Below, piece by piece: positions 1 to 10,683 of a stretch of 64,000 nucleotides of DNA. Within the stretch, counting starts at the first letter, position 1. Each line of letters opens with the position of its first letter. Origin of the DNA: Azolla caroliniana (lineage: Eukaryota; Plantae; Polypodiophyta); NCBI GenBank assembly GCA_043228905.1, contig JBHGNT010000021.1, positions 2,852,001 through 2,916,000 of the forward strand, in the 5' to 3' direction. The translations under genes and the position numbers were made by a program. The notes beneath the pieces are model-generated. The model saw nothing but the letters and a program-made list of their open reading frames with translations, was not told the origin of the DNA and made no database searches.

Positions 1-1
1 C

Positions 2-68
2 GTCACGGAATGGGGTGTTTTTGTAGCAGAAGTAATGATGTTCGGTCTAAAAACGGCGTCGGCTACGT
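2..68 (+). pseudogene. Fragment of the RT domain of an older Ty3/gypsy element, interrupted by the element at 69
   Basis: Frame from base 2 reads VTEWGVFVAEVMMFGLKTASAT, matching the gypsy RT motif T.WG.F...VM.FGLKNA.ATFQ. Confidence 0.7.
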
Positions 69-713
69 TGTCGTGAAGAAAACCGTCCACTAGCGGAATC
101 GGTGCACCGGAGCGTAGGAACCGGCTCTTCATGCACGTACGTCTTATGTTGTACATAAGAGAGAATTAGGTACATAGAAGATCCTAGGTAGGTAGATTCA
201 GTAGGTAGGAAGTTAATGGGAAACGGCTCCTTTCTTGCCTATAAAAGGAGGGAGACGGGGAAGAGGAAGGGGATCACCGTTAGAGAGGACGAAGTGCTGT
301 CGGGTTGTCGGCCGAAGGCTTCTCTCTCTTCCATACTCTGTAGCTTCTTTCGGTGCAGGGTTTCAGGAGGCTCGCACTGCTCTGAGGAATGCCCGAGTGC
401 TTCCGGCAGCACCTCCAACCTATTCCTTTCTTCCTGAGCGTTTACGAACAGGCATCGGCATCTGTTCGCCGGCCTGTTCGGTTGTAACCGACTTCGTGCT
501 TCTTGTTGTTTGTCCTTGTTAATATATATATACATACATTCGTGTCTCTCTGCGTCGGTGTCGCACTCGCGTCTTTATGTCGAAGGGTTGTGCCCCTATG
601 AATCTACGCCCACACGTAGTGGGTCCCTTCCCTTCTCCTTTGTCTCTTGCTCTTCGGTACAAGACCCCCGAGGCCCCGCCTCATTCCACGCATCCGCGAG
701 GAATACCAGGACA
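69..713 (+). repeat. 5' LTR of element A
   Basis: Starts TGTCGTGAAG, ends CCAGGACA, TATA-like CTATAAAA at about 239. Roughly 15 substitutions versus the 3' LTR by eye. Confidence 0.95.
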
Positions 714-716
714 TTT

Positions 717-734
717 TGGTGAACCCGACGTGAA
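717..734 (+). promoter_or_regulatory. Primer-binding site complementary to the tRNA-Trp 3' end
   Basis: TGGTGAACCCGACGTGAA is the reverse complement of TTCACGTCGGGTTCACCA, the 3' end of plant cytosolic tRNA-Trp. It lies 3 nt after the LTR. Confidence 0.85.
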
Positions 735-756
735 GGAGGCGGCAGAAGAGCAGAAG

Positions 757-2883
757 ATGAAGGGGTCGGATCTTGCGGAGGCCATGGCTTCAGCCGTGGA
801 TCAGATATTGAGCGCACGCGAGGGCACCGGCGCCCTCGACAGAGCCATTGAGGTGGTCGTCGATACGATCGGCCGGTTTAGCGGAAAGGATGCCACGAAG
901 TATTTGGCGTCCTACGGGGCAGAAATGCTAATGCGGGACATTCCGGAAGAGAGGCGTCTTGCCGGGTTCCCTCGAGTGGCGATGCCGAGCATCCATGCGG
1001 AGGTGCTCGAGGTACGGGCGGAGAGCCATACCTGGGAGGAGTTCGAAGGCCGACTCCTAGAAAAATACGTGTTGGAAGACGCGCTCCGGCTTTCGAAACG
1101 GGACTTCATGGAATGGGTGGAGTCCCTCGGCAAGGGAAGAAACGCGTCGGCACTCCTCCGGGAGTTTGAGGAACGCTTTGCGCGCCTTTCGGCGCTTGAC
1201 CGAACCGTTCTGGATACGAGCCGGGTCCTACTGTTCGTCAAGTCGGTGGACGAGCGGGACCGGGATCAGGTCGGCTCCTTGCTAGAAACCGAAGACGGGC
1301 TAACGACCGACTGGGCTGCGGTTAAGAGAGTTTGTGGCCGTTTCGACAAACGGCGAGAATGGGCTTACAACGGGGCGGCCGGAGCGGGCTCTGTCACAGC
1401 AAGGGGGCTTGAACCGGCACCGCAAGGGCGAAGGGCAGAGACCCGGGAGTGGCTCGAAACCGGTTCGGCTCCGACCGGCATGGTCAATGACTCGTCCGGA
1501 GGAGCAGCGCTGGAGGAGTTGACGCGGGCGATAAAAGATCTCCAGATTGCCCAGACTCGAAGGGAAGGCGGCGAACCGGCTCGTGACCGACGGCCGGCAG
1601 CAGGGAACAGGTGCATGTGGTGCGACGAGGTCGGCCACATTTGGAAGGACTGCGGCGATTTCGCAGAGGCGTTGAGGAACCGGGTGGTGTACCTATGGGA
1701 AGGTCGGGTGCACGCCGGCGATACAAGAAGGGCCCTAAACCGGAACGACGGGCGAGGAGGTATGAAGAGACTGATGGAAGAGGCAGCGGCCCGACACGTG
1801 GAGGCCATCCACTACTCGGCGACGGCCGGTATTCGGGTCGGGGGCAGCGAGGCCTGAAAGGAGAGCAAAGACAGATTCTGGTCGGCAATGCTGGAAGGCC
1901 TCGCTGGCGCACGGCTGAGGAAAGATGAAGCGGACCGCGCTGAGAGACGGGTCCGGGAAATAACCGGGTGGAGCGACCTGGTCGAGGAGACGACGGGCTT
2001 CGTAGAAGCCGCCTGCCGGAACTACGAGGCTCTGGTAGAAGACAAACGAGTGGGGAAAGCCGGAGCGGCCAGGCCCTCACAACGATACGAGACCCGATTC
2101 GGGCAACGACGGAACGAAGCCGGTGGGTCCAACGCGCAAGATAACCCCAGGAAGGCCGGATACCGACTGGGGACGGAAATAGAAAGGACCACGGACCTAC
2201 GAAAGGTCCTAGAAGAACGGATCCTCGACAGCAAAGTGGAGCTGTCATTGCGGGAGGTGCTAGGGATTGCTAAGAAGGAGTTCCACGACTCCATTGTGGA
2301 CTTGGTGAAGCGGAAGAGGCTGTCGACGGAGACGGAACCGGAAAGACCGGTGGAGGTGCGGACGACGCACATCGACGACTTGGCATTGGAACATGAGTGG
2401 GCGGAGAGCCACTATTCGAGGCCACACTGGGCCCAAGCGACCATGGAGACCCTGGTAAAGATCGGAGATGTTCAGGAACCGGTGGTGGCACTGGTGGACC
2501 ACGGTTCGGATATAAACCTGATGTCCATGGACTTCTATAAGAAGGGAAAGTGGCCGATCAACACGAAGCATGGGTGGAAGATACGGGCGGCGACGCGCGC
2601 CACCGAGGAGCTGCACGGGGCCTGCCCGAACGTGCAAGTCAAGATCAGCGACGTCGAGATTGACCAGCACTTCTTCGTACAGGAGACGTCCTCGCACCCG
2701 GTCATATTAGGGGAACCATACATCACAGCGGCGCGGATGGAGACCAAGGTGCTAGACAACGGTTCAGCCTACGCGAGGGTCAAAAGCCAGGACGGGCGCC
2801 ATTCGGTCCAATTTCTGACGGTGCGACCGAACCACGAGCGAAACCGCGAATCCCTCGGTGGCGAGAACCGGGAGGATTTTTAG
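757..2883 (+). CDS. gag: Gag-protease frame of element A, with one in-frame TGA at 1855-1857
   Basis: ORFs 577-1857 and 1888-2883 are in the same frame. First ATG after the PBS is at 757. Zinc knuckle CMWCDEVGHIWKDC. Aspartic protease motif ALVDHGSDINLM followed by ILG. Confidence 0.85.
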
Positions 2884-5800
2884 AGAGGGCTGCCAAGGCG
2901 TGGGGCCGAGACAGTCCGGACACTCGGGAAAGACCCCACAGCTGTACGATAGAACCGAAACCGAAGAAACCCTGTACGATAGGTAAAAAATTTTGCTTCT
3001 CCAGCAACGGAGGGTGTATGATAGTCGGCATCGTTGGCCGAGAAAAGGCAAGGGCGGAAATGCGACTTCGAGCGTGCGGAGTTCTTGGCCCGGACGAGGA
3101 AATCAGCGGAGCCGTGGAGGCGGTCTCCTTCGACGACACCTTGGGGATGCTGAGGAAGGTAGCCGGAGAAGACCTTAACGAAGACCGGACGATACCGGTA
3201 TGTTCCGAAGAGATGTACGAAGTCATCACGAACTTCAGTCAGGGGCTCGAGTCGGATCGGACGGCCCGAGTTAGCACGAAGTACAAGACTGTGGACCGGA
3301 AGGTAAGGCCAGTCGCGGCACCCTTACCGGAGGGCAGCGAATCCCGAATCAGAGGGGTTGTGTCGGACCCCAGTTTACGAGATCCGAACCGCATAGGACA
3401 CACCTTCACCGACGGGACGCTCCGGGAGCTCAAAATAGGTGGGGGCGGGTTCCTACTGCCGGCGGAGGAAGACCGGTTTCGGAGGATGCTCGGAAGGCAC
3501 GGGAAAGCCTTCGCGTTCTCACCAGAAGAGATCGGGTGCGTAGACCCGACAATCGTGGAGTCGATGGTGATATTCACGGTACCGCATGTACCGTGGAATC
3601 TCAAGCCGATTCCAGTACCGAGAGCTCACATCCCGAAGTTGATGAAGCTATTGAGGCAGAAAGTCGATATGGGCATTCTCGAACCGTCAAGTGCCCCATA
3701 CTCGAACCGATGGTTTACCGTACCAAAGAAAAGCGGAACATTGCGCTTCATTCAAGACCTGCAGCCAGTCAACAGAGTGACCATTCGGAACGCAGGAATC
3801 GGACCGACCATAGACGAGTTCGCGGAGGCCTTCGTTGGAAGGTCGATTTACTCGGTCGATGATCTGTACTCGGGGTACAACCAGTTCCAGCTAGCCGTGG
3901 AGAGCAGAAACATTACGACAATGCGAACTCCCCTCGGCCTAGTGCGAATGTGTACCCTGCCACAAGGAGGGACCAACTCGGTGGCCCACATGGTGAATGC
4001 AATGAACAAGGTACTGAGGGATTGCATCCCGGACATCACCGTGCCATTTCTAGACGACATCCCGATAAAGGGGTGCCCGGTGGAAGAGAAGGACGAGACA
4101 CTCGGGCCGGACGGATGCCGGCGATTCGTGGCAGCGCACATCGACGACTGCGAGAGGGTGCTACAAAGGCTAGAAGATGCGAGGCTCACCTTCTCCGGGG
4201 AGAAATCGGCCTTCGGGCAATCAGAAATCCTGGTGGTCGGACACCTATGTGGACCATATGGCCGGAAGCCGTCTCCGGCAAAGGTAGAAGCCATCTCCGC
4301 GATGAAGACCGATTGTAGCTCGGTTACAGAAGTTCGGAGGTTCCTGGGGGCATGCGCATTCTACCACATATGGATCCCGCATTACGCCCACGTTGCGGAG
4401 CCGCTATACGGGTTGCTGAAGAAGGGGCGAAAATTTGAGTGGCGAGACGAGCACACGGAGTCGATCCGGAAGCTGAAGGAAGCTCTTGCGGCAGCACCGG
4501 CGCTCCGGAAGGCTGTCTACGAGAAGGGTACCCCGGTATACATAACAGTGGATACGAGTCCGACCGGGATCGGATGGGTCGTCAACCAAGAAGACAAGGA
4601 CGGCATTCGGTTCCTGATCCGATTCGGCGCGAAGGTCCTCAGTGAGCGACAGCGAGGGTACGCCCAGGTTAAACGCGAACTCTGGGGTATCATTTCGGCA
4701 GTAAAGGCCGACAAAGACTACCTGATTGGGACAGAAGTGATTATCGAGACGAATTGCCTGCCAATTCTCGGCATGGTTTCCGGATGCGCGACACCGGACC
4801 TGGCGATGCTCAGGTGGATAGCGTACATCAAGTCCCTGGACCCGGAAATACGACACATTTCCGGAAAGGACAACGCCATGGCCGACATGCTTTCGAGGGC
4901 GAGGTTTGATGACGAGGGCGGCATGGTTTCGGAGGACGAAGAAGTCGGGGTGGACTTCTTCGAGGCAGCGTACGTGACGACTGATGGGACGAGCACTCCG
5001 GCACTCAAAGGCTTCGACGAGATCAAGTACGACGGCGAGTGGCTACAGATCGGTGGTTTCTTAAGGACCATGACGCCGGATGCGTCATGGACGAGGGACG
5101 AGACCAACCGGATCCGGAAGAAAGCATACCGATTCTTTCTCCGGGACGGATACTTATGGAAGCACCCGAAGAAGAGGAACGGCGTCCCGCTCCGGGTGGT
5201 GGCGATGAAGGAAGAACAGGAGGAGCTACTGACGGCCTACCACGACAGCCCTTGGGCTGGACACCGTGGAACGTGGGCCACGTTCGAGAAGATAAAGGGG
5301 AAGTACTGGTGGCCGGGACTGTACCGGGACGTGCATCGGTTCGTGACAACTTGCGAGAGCTGTCAAATGCACTCCATAGTCCGACAGCGGGACAAGCTTC
5401 ACCCTACGTACCCTCCTACCATCCACTTCAAATGGATGGTAGATCTGGTGACGATGCCGATGGGAATGGGACAGATGCGGTATCTAGTCCTGGCTCGGGA
5501 AGATCTGACGAACCAGGTGGAAGGCCGAGCCCTTCAGAACAAAACGACCGTGGCCGTATGTCGGTTCCTAATCGAGGACGTGATATGCCAGTACGGGTGC
5601 GTCGGGAAGATCGTGGCTGATCGCGGGGAGTTGGACGCCGAAGAGGCCGAGGAGTTGTTCGACCGGCTAGGAGTCAAGCTCTCGCTTACCACTGCGTACA
5701 ATCCGGAGGCGAATGGGAAGGTGGAGCGCGGACACGGACCGATCGTCAAGGCGTTAGTTCGGGCATGCGGAGGGCAAGTCGGGAACTGGCCGCGGCTGCT

Positions 5801-6440
5801 GCCTTACACGTTGTGGGCTGACCGAACTACGCACAGTTCGATGACCGGATTCATGCCGGCAGAGCTCATGTTTGGGCAGAAGCCGATCATGCCGATGGAA
5901 CGTACGATCTCCTCATGGGCAACCGTGGACTGGAGAGATGAGATGAGCCGAGAGGAACTGTTGGCGGCGCGTATACGACAGCTCGAGCGAAGACCGGAGG
6001 ACGTGGAGCAGGCTGCGGGAAAGCTTCGGGTGGCAAGGACGAGGAACAAAGCCCGGTTCGATCGGACGCACCGGCTCCGACCGAAGAAGATCGAGGAAGG
6101 CAACTGGGTGCTAGTCTACGACGGCAGCCTCGACAACCAGCACCGAGCGACGCGGAAGTTCGCAAGAAGATGGTTCGGGCCTTACGTGGTACAAAGCGCC
6201 AACGACAACGGGACGTACCATCTAGCGGAACTCGACGGCACGAGAATGGCGATACCGGTAGCTGGGAAACGGATCAAAGCGTTCAAGAAGCGTCACGACG
6301 ACGAGCCGGATCCGGTTAACCAACGACAACGGGACGTACCATCTAGCGGAACTCGACGGCACGAGAATGGCGATACCGGTAGCTGGGAAACGGATCAAAG
6401 CGTTCAAGAAGCGTCACAACGACGAGCCGGATCCGGTTAA
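2880..6440 (+). CDS. pol: Pol (RT-RNaseH-integrase) of element A, probably entered by -1 frameshift
   Basis: RT LPQG...PFLDD, RNase H TVDTS...ELWG...ADMLSR, integrase H..GH...C..C, DRG, PEANGKVERGH, and WFGPY. Frame is open back to 2880. Confidence 0.93.
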   Translation, partial: LERAAKAWGRDSPDTRERPHSCTIEPKPKKPCTIGKKFCFSSNGGCMIVGIVGREKARAEMRLRACGVLGPDEEISGAVEAVSFDDTLGMLRKVAGEDLNEDRTIPVCSEEMYEVITNFSQGLESDRTARVSTKYKTVDRKVRPVAAPLPEGSESRIRGVVSDPSLRDPNRIGHTFTDGTLRELKIGGGGFLLPAEEDRFRRMLGRHGKAFAFSPEEIGCVDPTIVESMVIFTVPHVPWNLKPIPVPRAHIPKLMKLLRQKVDMGILEPSSAPYSNRWFTVPKKSGTLRFIQDLQPVNRVTIRNAGIGPTIDEFAEAFVGRSIYSVDDLYSGYNQFQLAVESRNITTMRTPLGLVRMCTLPQGGTNSVAHMVNAMNKVLRDCIPDITVPFLDDIPIKGCPVEEKDETLGPDGCRRFVAAHIDDCERVLQRLEDARLTFSGEKSAFGQSEILVVGHLCGPYGRKPSPAKVEAISAMKTDCSSVTEVRRFLGACAFYHIWIPHYAHVAEPLYGLLKKGRKFEWRDEHTESIRKLKEALAAAPALRKAVYEKGTPVYITVDTSPTGIGWVVNQEDKDGIRFLIRFGAKVLSERQRGYAQVKRELWGIISAVKADKDYLIGTEVIIETNCLPILGMVSGCATPDLAMLRWIAYIKSLDPEIRHISGKDNAMADMLSRARFDDEGGMVSEDEEVGVDFFEAAYVTTDGTSTPALKGFDEIKYDGEWLQIGGFLRTMTPDASWTRDETNRIRKKAYRFFLRDGYLWKHPKKRNGVPLRVVAMKEEQEELLTAYHDSPWAGHRGTWATFEKIKGKYWWPGLYRDVHRFVTTCESCQMHSIVRQRDKLHPTYPPTIHFKWMVDLVTMPMGMGQMRYLVLAREDLTNQVEGRALQNKTTVAVCRFLIEDVICQYGCVGKIVADRGELDAEEAEELFDRLGVKLSLTTAYNPEANGKVERGHGPIVKALVRACGGQVGNWPRLLPYTLWADRTTHSSMTGFMPAELMFGQKPIMPMERTISSWATVDWRDEMSREELLAARIRQLERRPEDVEQAAGKLRVARTRNKARFDRTHRLRPKKIEEGNWVLVYDGSLDNQHRATRKFARRWFGPYVVQSANDNGTYHLAELDGTRMAIPVAGKRIKAFKKRHDDEPDPVNQRQRDVPSSGTRRHENGDTGSWETDQSVQEASQRRAGSG

Positions 6441-6441
6441 C
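6200..6441 (+). repeat. 121-bp tandem duplication at the end of integrase
   Basis: CAACGACAACGGGACG...GGATCCGGTTAAC occurs at 6200 and 6321. The copies are nearly identical, and the duplication shifts the frame of the pol tail. Confidence 0.9.
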
Positions 6442-6571
6442 CTGGACCACGACGACGAATGATCCGAAACCGAGGAAGAACCGACGGGCAGGGAATGAAG
6501 GCTGGACCGGTTTTCTCCGTCCCAACTCAATTTGGCGCATGCCGGTGGATGCGCGGTTAGGTGGGGGCGGA

Positions 6572-7216
6572 TGTCGTGAAGAAAACCGTCCACTAGCGGA
6601 ATCGGTGCACCGGAGCGTAGGAACCGGCTCTTCATGCACGTACGTCTTATGTTGTACATAAGAGAGAATTAGGTACATAGAAGATCTTAGGTAGGTAGAT
6701 TCGGTAGGTAGGAAGTTAATGGGAAACGGCTCCTTTCTTGCCTATAAAAGGAGGGAGATGGGGAAGGGGAAGGGGATCACGGTTAAAGAGGACGAAGTGT
6801 TGTCGGGTTGTCGACCGAAGGCTTCTATCTCTTCCATACTCCGTAGCTTCTTTCGGTGCAGGGTTTCGGGAGGCTCGCACTGCTCTGAGGAATGCCCGAG
6901 TGCTTCCGGCAGCACCTCCAACCTACTCCTTTCTTCCTGAGCGTTTACGAACAGGCATCGGCATCTGTTCGCCGGCCTGTTCGGTTGTAACCGACTTCGT
7001 GCTTCTTGTTGTTTGTCCTTGTTAATATATATATACATACATTCGTGTCTCTCTGCGTCGGTGTCGCACTCGCGTCTTTATGTCGAAGGGTTGTGCCCCT
7101 GTGAATCTACGCCCACACGTAGTGGGTCCCTTCCCTTCTCCTTTGTCTCTTGCTCTTCGGTACAAGACCCCCAAGGCCCCGCCTCATTCCACACATCCGC
7201 GAGGAATACCAGGACA
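6572..7216 (+). repeat. 3' LTR of element A
   Basis: 645-bp direct repeat of 69-713, preceded by GGTTAGGTGGGGGCGGA. Confidence 0.95.
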
Positions 7217-7348
7217 CCGCGCGCTTCTTTGTCTATCCGTGTGTGAGCGTCTCTCTCTCTCCCTCTCTCTCTTTTCCTCACCTATTCCTCGGTCCAAGAC
7301 CCCAGTGGTCCCGCCTTGTTCTCCACGCACGCGCGTAACAACGCAACA
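7217..7348 (+). mobile_element. 3' end of another LTR of the element-B type, plus orientation
   Basis: Ends ...CTCCACGCACGCGCGTAACAACGCAACA, a diverged reverse complement of the LTR tip TGTCGCGTTGCTACGCGCGTGCGTGGAG seen at 11298 and 36334. Confidence 0.75.
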
Positions 7349-8050
7349 GCGTGCGTGGAGAAGGGCGGGACCATGGGGGTCTTGGACTAAGGAGTAGAGA
7401 AGGAATCGGACATGGAATGGAAGCTTTGCTCAAGAAGAAGAAGAATGAATAAGAGATTAGATCGAACAAGAGGAAGATGGAGACAAGATGATCAACAAGA
7501 TGTATTAAAACGAAATGAACGATTACAAAATGGTGGCCGCATAGGCCGCACCAAACGACTACTCGAAACCCTAACCGACGAAGATGAAGATAAAGATAAA
7601 GAAACCCTAACCCTAACCCTAACGCTCGACCTATGTGGTATACCTTGCACACTCAAAATAGGCAACCCCCACAATGGTGCCTTCCCTCTCCTTTTATAGC
7701 ACAAGGAGGGAAGACCGTTTACCAAAAATGAGACTCAAATATCCCCTTTCATTCAAAGGGGATATTTGCCTTGATTTGGGGAGGGTGAGATTGATGGCCC
7801 CTTTACTTCCACCTCCACACAAACAACTAGGTACCTATGTACCGCATAGTACCTCTCTCTCTCTCTCGCGTGGATGTGCACACAAAACCACATCACCTTT
7901 ATACCTTGGGGATCCTATGGGGCATTTCTAGCACCATACACTTTACCCTTATTACTATTACAAATACATTATGTACGTGTGCAACGTTGCACATCGCTCT
8001 TTGGCTCTCTTTGCTCGGGTTTCCGCTTGTGGACGAAAATCTTCACGACA
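7349..8050 (-). repeat. 3' LTR of element B (tip removed by an insertion)
   Basis: Direct repeat of about 11314-12018 with about 7 substitutions and one 3-bp indel. Confidence 0.9.
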
Positions 8051-10683
8051 TTCGCCCCCACCTAACCGCACATCCACCGGTATGTGCCAAAACATAGGGG
8101 AGAGAACATGAGATTTTCGGCCACGACAACCGACCGAGTCCTTAGTGTCCTCGTGGGCCCACCCGGTTTTGTCTTCCACTTCGAGCAAGACCACCCCGTC
8201 CACACGAACCACCGCCGCCTTCCGGTCCACCATCCTCGCCGAATGGTCTCGAACCGTCGGCGCCATCTGATCCGCCACACTCGACGATGTTCGCCGAGTC
8301 GTTGCCTCCACCCGATCCGCCACGTCCACTGTGGGTCCTTGAACCACCGACTACATCCGACCCGCCGTATCCGATGCCCGTGCTTTCCTCCCCGTTCGGT
8401 CCTCCCGAACGTCGTCATCGACCCTGTTGCTCTTCCTTTGTCCGCCTCGTATATCCTCCGGATGCACTCCCGGTCACATGCCGGATTCCGCCCTTTGCGT
8501 GCCGCACACCTCGGCGTGCCGACTCTCTCCGCTCCGCGCTTGCCTTCCGTAGGCTTTCCCCGTATGTCGATGCTCTCCTCCAAATGTGTGCTCGTGCTTC
8601 ACTCCTTTGATGACCCCATCACGCGCTTTTCGCTTTCCCCTTGTTCGTCGTGCTCTCTCGCGGTAGAGCGTGCCATCACCCCGTCCTTCTTCGTGGCTCT
8701 CGTTACCGCTTTGCCTCGACCCGCGCCCTCTTGGCCTCGCATGTCCTTCGGGACACCGCGTTTTCTCTTCCCGGTGCGTAGCCCTCCGTTCTCCACGCAC
8801 CTCCTCCGATTTCCTAGACACGACTCTCCGCTCGTGCCGATCGCGCTCGGCCCATGTCGTCGATCTTGGTGTTTTGCCGCGCCATCCTTCGTCCCGCGCT
8901 TGCCTCTCGAAGGCTTGACCCAACCGTCATCGTCGATCGATCGTTGTCGCTCATCCGCCGTATGCATGCTTGTGTCTTGGCCCTCCACCGGCCGTATTGC
9001 ATGCGTCTCGTGTCGCGCCTCCGCCGTAGACCCGACCTCCGCGTCGGTCTCCAACTCCTCGCCGCCACCCACCGTTTCTTCGTTCTCCCTTCGATCCGCG
9101 ACTGCCGCTGCCTCACGGGTAGGTGTGGAGGGTTCCTCCCACTCTCGGTCCACCACCGAGTCCTCGCCTCTCAAAGGCTCAATCGGTCCACCGTTTCCGG
9201 TCACTCGTTTACGCTCCCCCGAGTGCATGCTTGTTCCTTGACCCTCCGCCAGCCGTAGTGCATGCTTCACTTCACGCTCATCCGCCGTAGACCCGACCTC
9301 CGCGTTGGTCTCTTCGTCCTTCCCACACCGGGCATACGCTCTGGTACCCGATTCCGCATTGTCTTCCAACTCCTCGCTGCCACCCGCCATCTCTTCAGTC
9401 TTCCGTTGATCCGCAACCGCCGAAGTCTCAAGCATAGGTGTGGAGGGCTCCTCTTGCTCTCAGCCTCTCACCGACCCGTACTCGTCGTGCCTGGCTACGA
9501 ATCGATCAAGCAATCCCAGACTTGCCGGCTTCCTTCGGTTCGGGCCCGGTTGACCGGCCCCCGCTTCACTCTTCTTCCGCTCCGCCTCCCGATCGGGTCG
9601 GATTACCGACCGGCTCACCTTTCGGTCGGGTCGGTTCCCGACTCGCTCCTCGATGCCGCTCCGAACCTCTCTTTCGGTCCTTTCGCACGTGCCCACTCCG
9701 GGCCTCTCATCCTCACGGCCACCGCCCATCTCTCCGGTCTTATGTCCGTGCTCGGGCGCAACCGCCGAAGTCTCCGGCCCCGGTGTTGAGGGATCTCGCC
9801 TCCGTCCTCTACAAACCTCCTCTTCGTCATTTCGGTTGCCCGCCTTGCCGCTGCCACCGTCCGTCTCTCTAGGTCTCACACCGGCTCTCGGGCCGGTTGC
9901 CGGAGTCTCTAGGACCGATGTGTGGAAGGTCGCGGCACCGCCGCTCATCTCCTCTTCTTCCTCGATTTCGCAAGCCTCGAGTATGCTCCCGAAATCCTCG
10001 TAGAACGTTTCTGGCAACCGCATCCCGAAACTTTCGCCCATTCTCGAAGTGGCGTCCATTGCTCCGTAGATATCGGCCTCATCCATGGCCGTCCTCTTTC
10101 CGCAAGTCGAGAGGGTCGCTCGCTCCGCACCCTCCCCCACATCGTCGCCGTGGTCGCCCGCCTTGCCGCCGCCACCGTTCGTTACCCTAGGTCTCACGCG
10201 AGCACTTGGGTCGGCCGCCGGGGTCTCTTGAACCGGTGCGTGTAAGGTAGCAACGCCGCCGCTTGTCGATGCTATGCCTGTAGCCACCTCCATTCGGACA
10301 TCGTCGTCCATGGCTACCCCACCTCCGTATATGCAAGCATCAATTATGCTTGCCGCCTCCTCTTCCACGGTCTCCATACCGTTGTCTCGGTTGCCCGCCT
10401 TGCCGCCGCCACCGCCCGTCGCTCTAGGTCTCACGCCGGCAATCGGGCCGACCGTCGGTGCCTCTAGGACCGATGTGTGTAAGGTCGCGGCACCGCTGCT
10501 TGTCTCCTCCTCACTCGATGTTTCGGGCCTCCATGCCCGAACTCCCTCATGTCCGCTCGAACCGGCGATCGCCGCCTCACCGTCCCCGACCTCGTCCTCG
10601 GTCGATCCTTCTCCGTATGTCAAGAGGGTGGCTCGCTCCGCACCCTCTCCCATGGTACCGATGTACCATCCTCTTTCGGCCTC

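Larger units (their letters stand above)
69..7216 (+). mobile_element. Near-intact Ty3/gypsy LTR retrotransposon (element A), non-chromovirus, tRNA-Trp primed
   Basis: 645-bp direct LTRs TG...CA at 69-713 and 6572-7216. PBS 717-734. Domain order gag-PR-RT-RH-IN. Purine-rich tract before the 3' LTR. Flanks ACGT (left) and CCGC (right) do not match. Confidence 0.95.

Noticed and set aside
216-722. Short ORFs repeated at 216-722 and 6719-7246, and at 7278-8097, 11288-12128 and 36449-37116
   Set aside because: They recur only because they lie within LTR copies.
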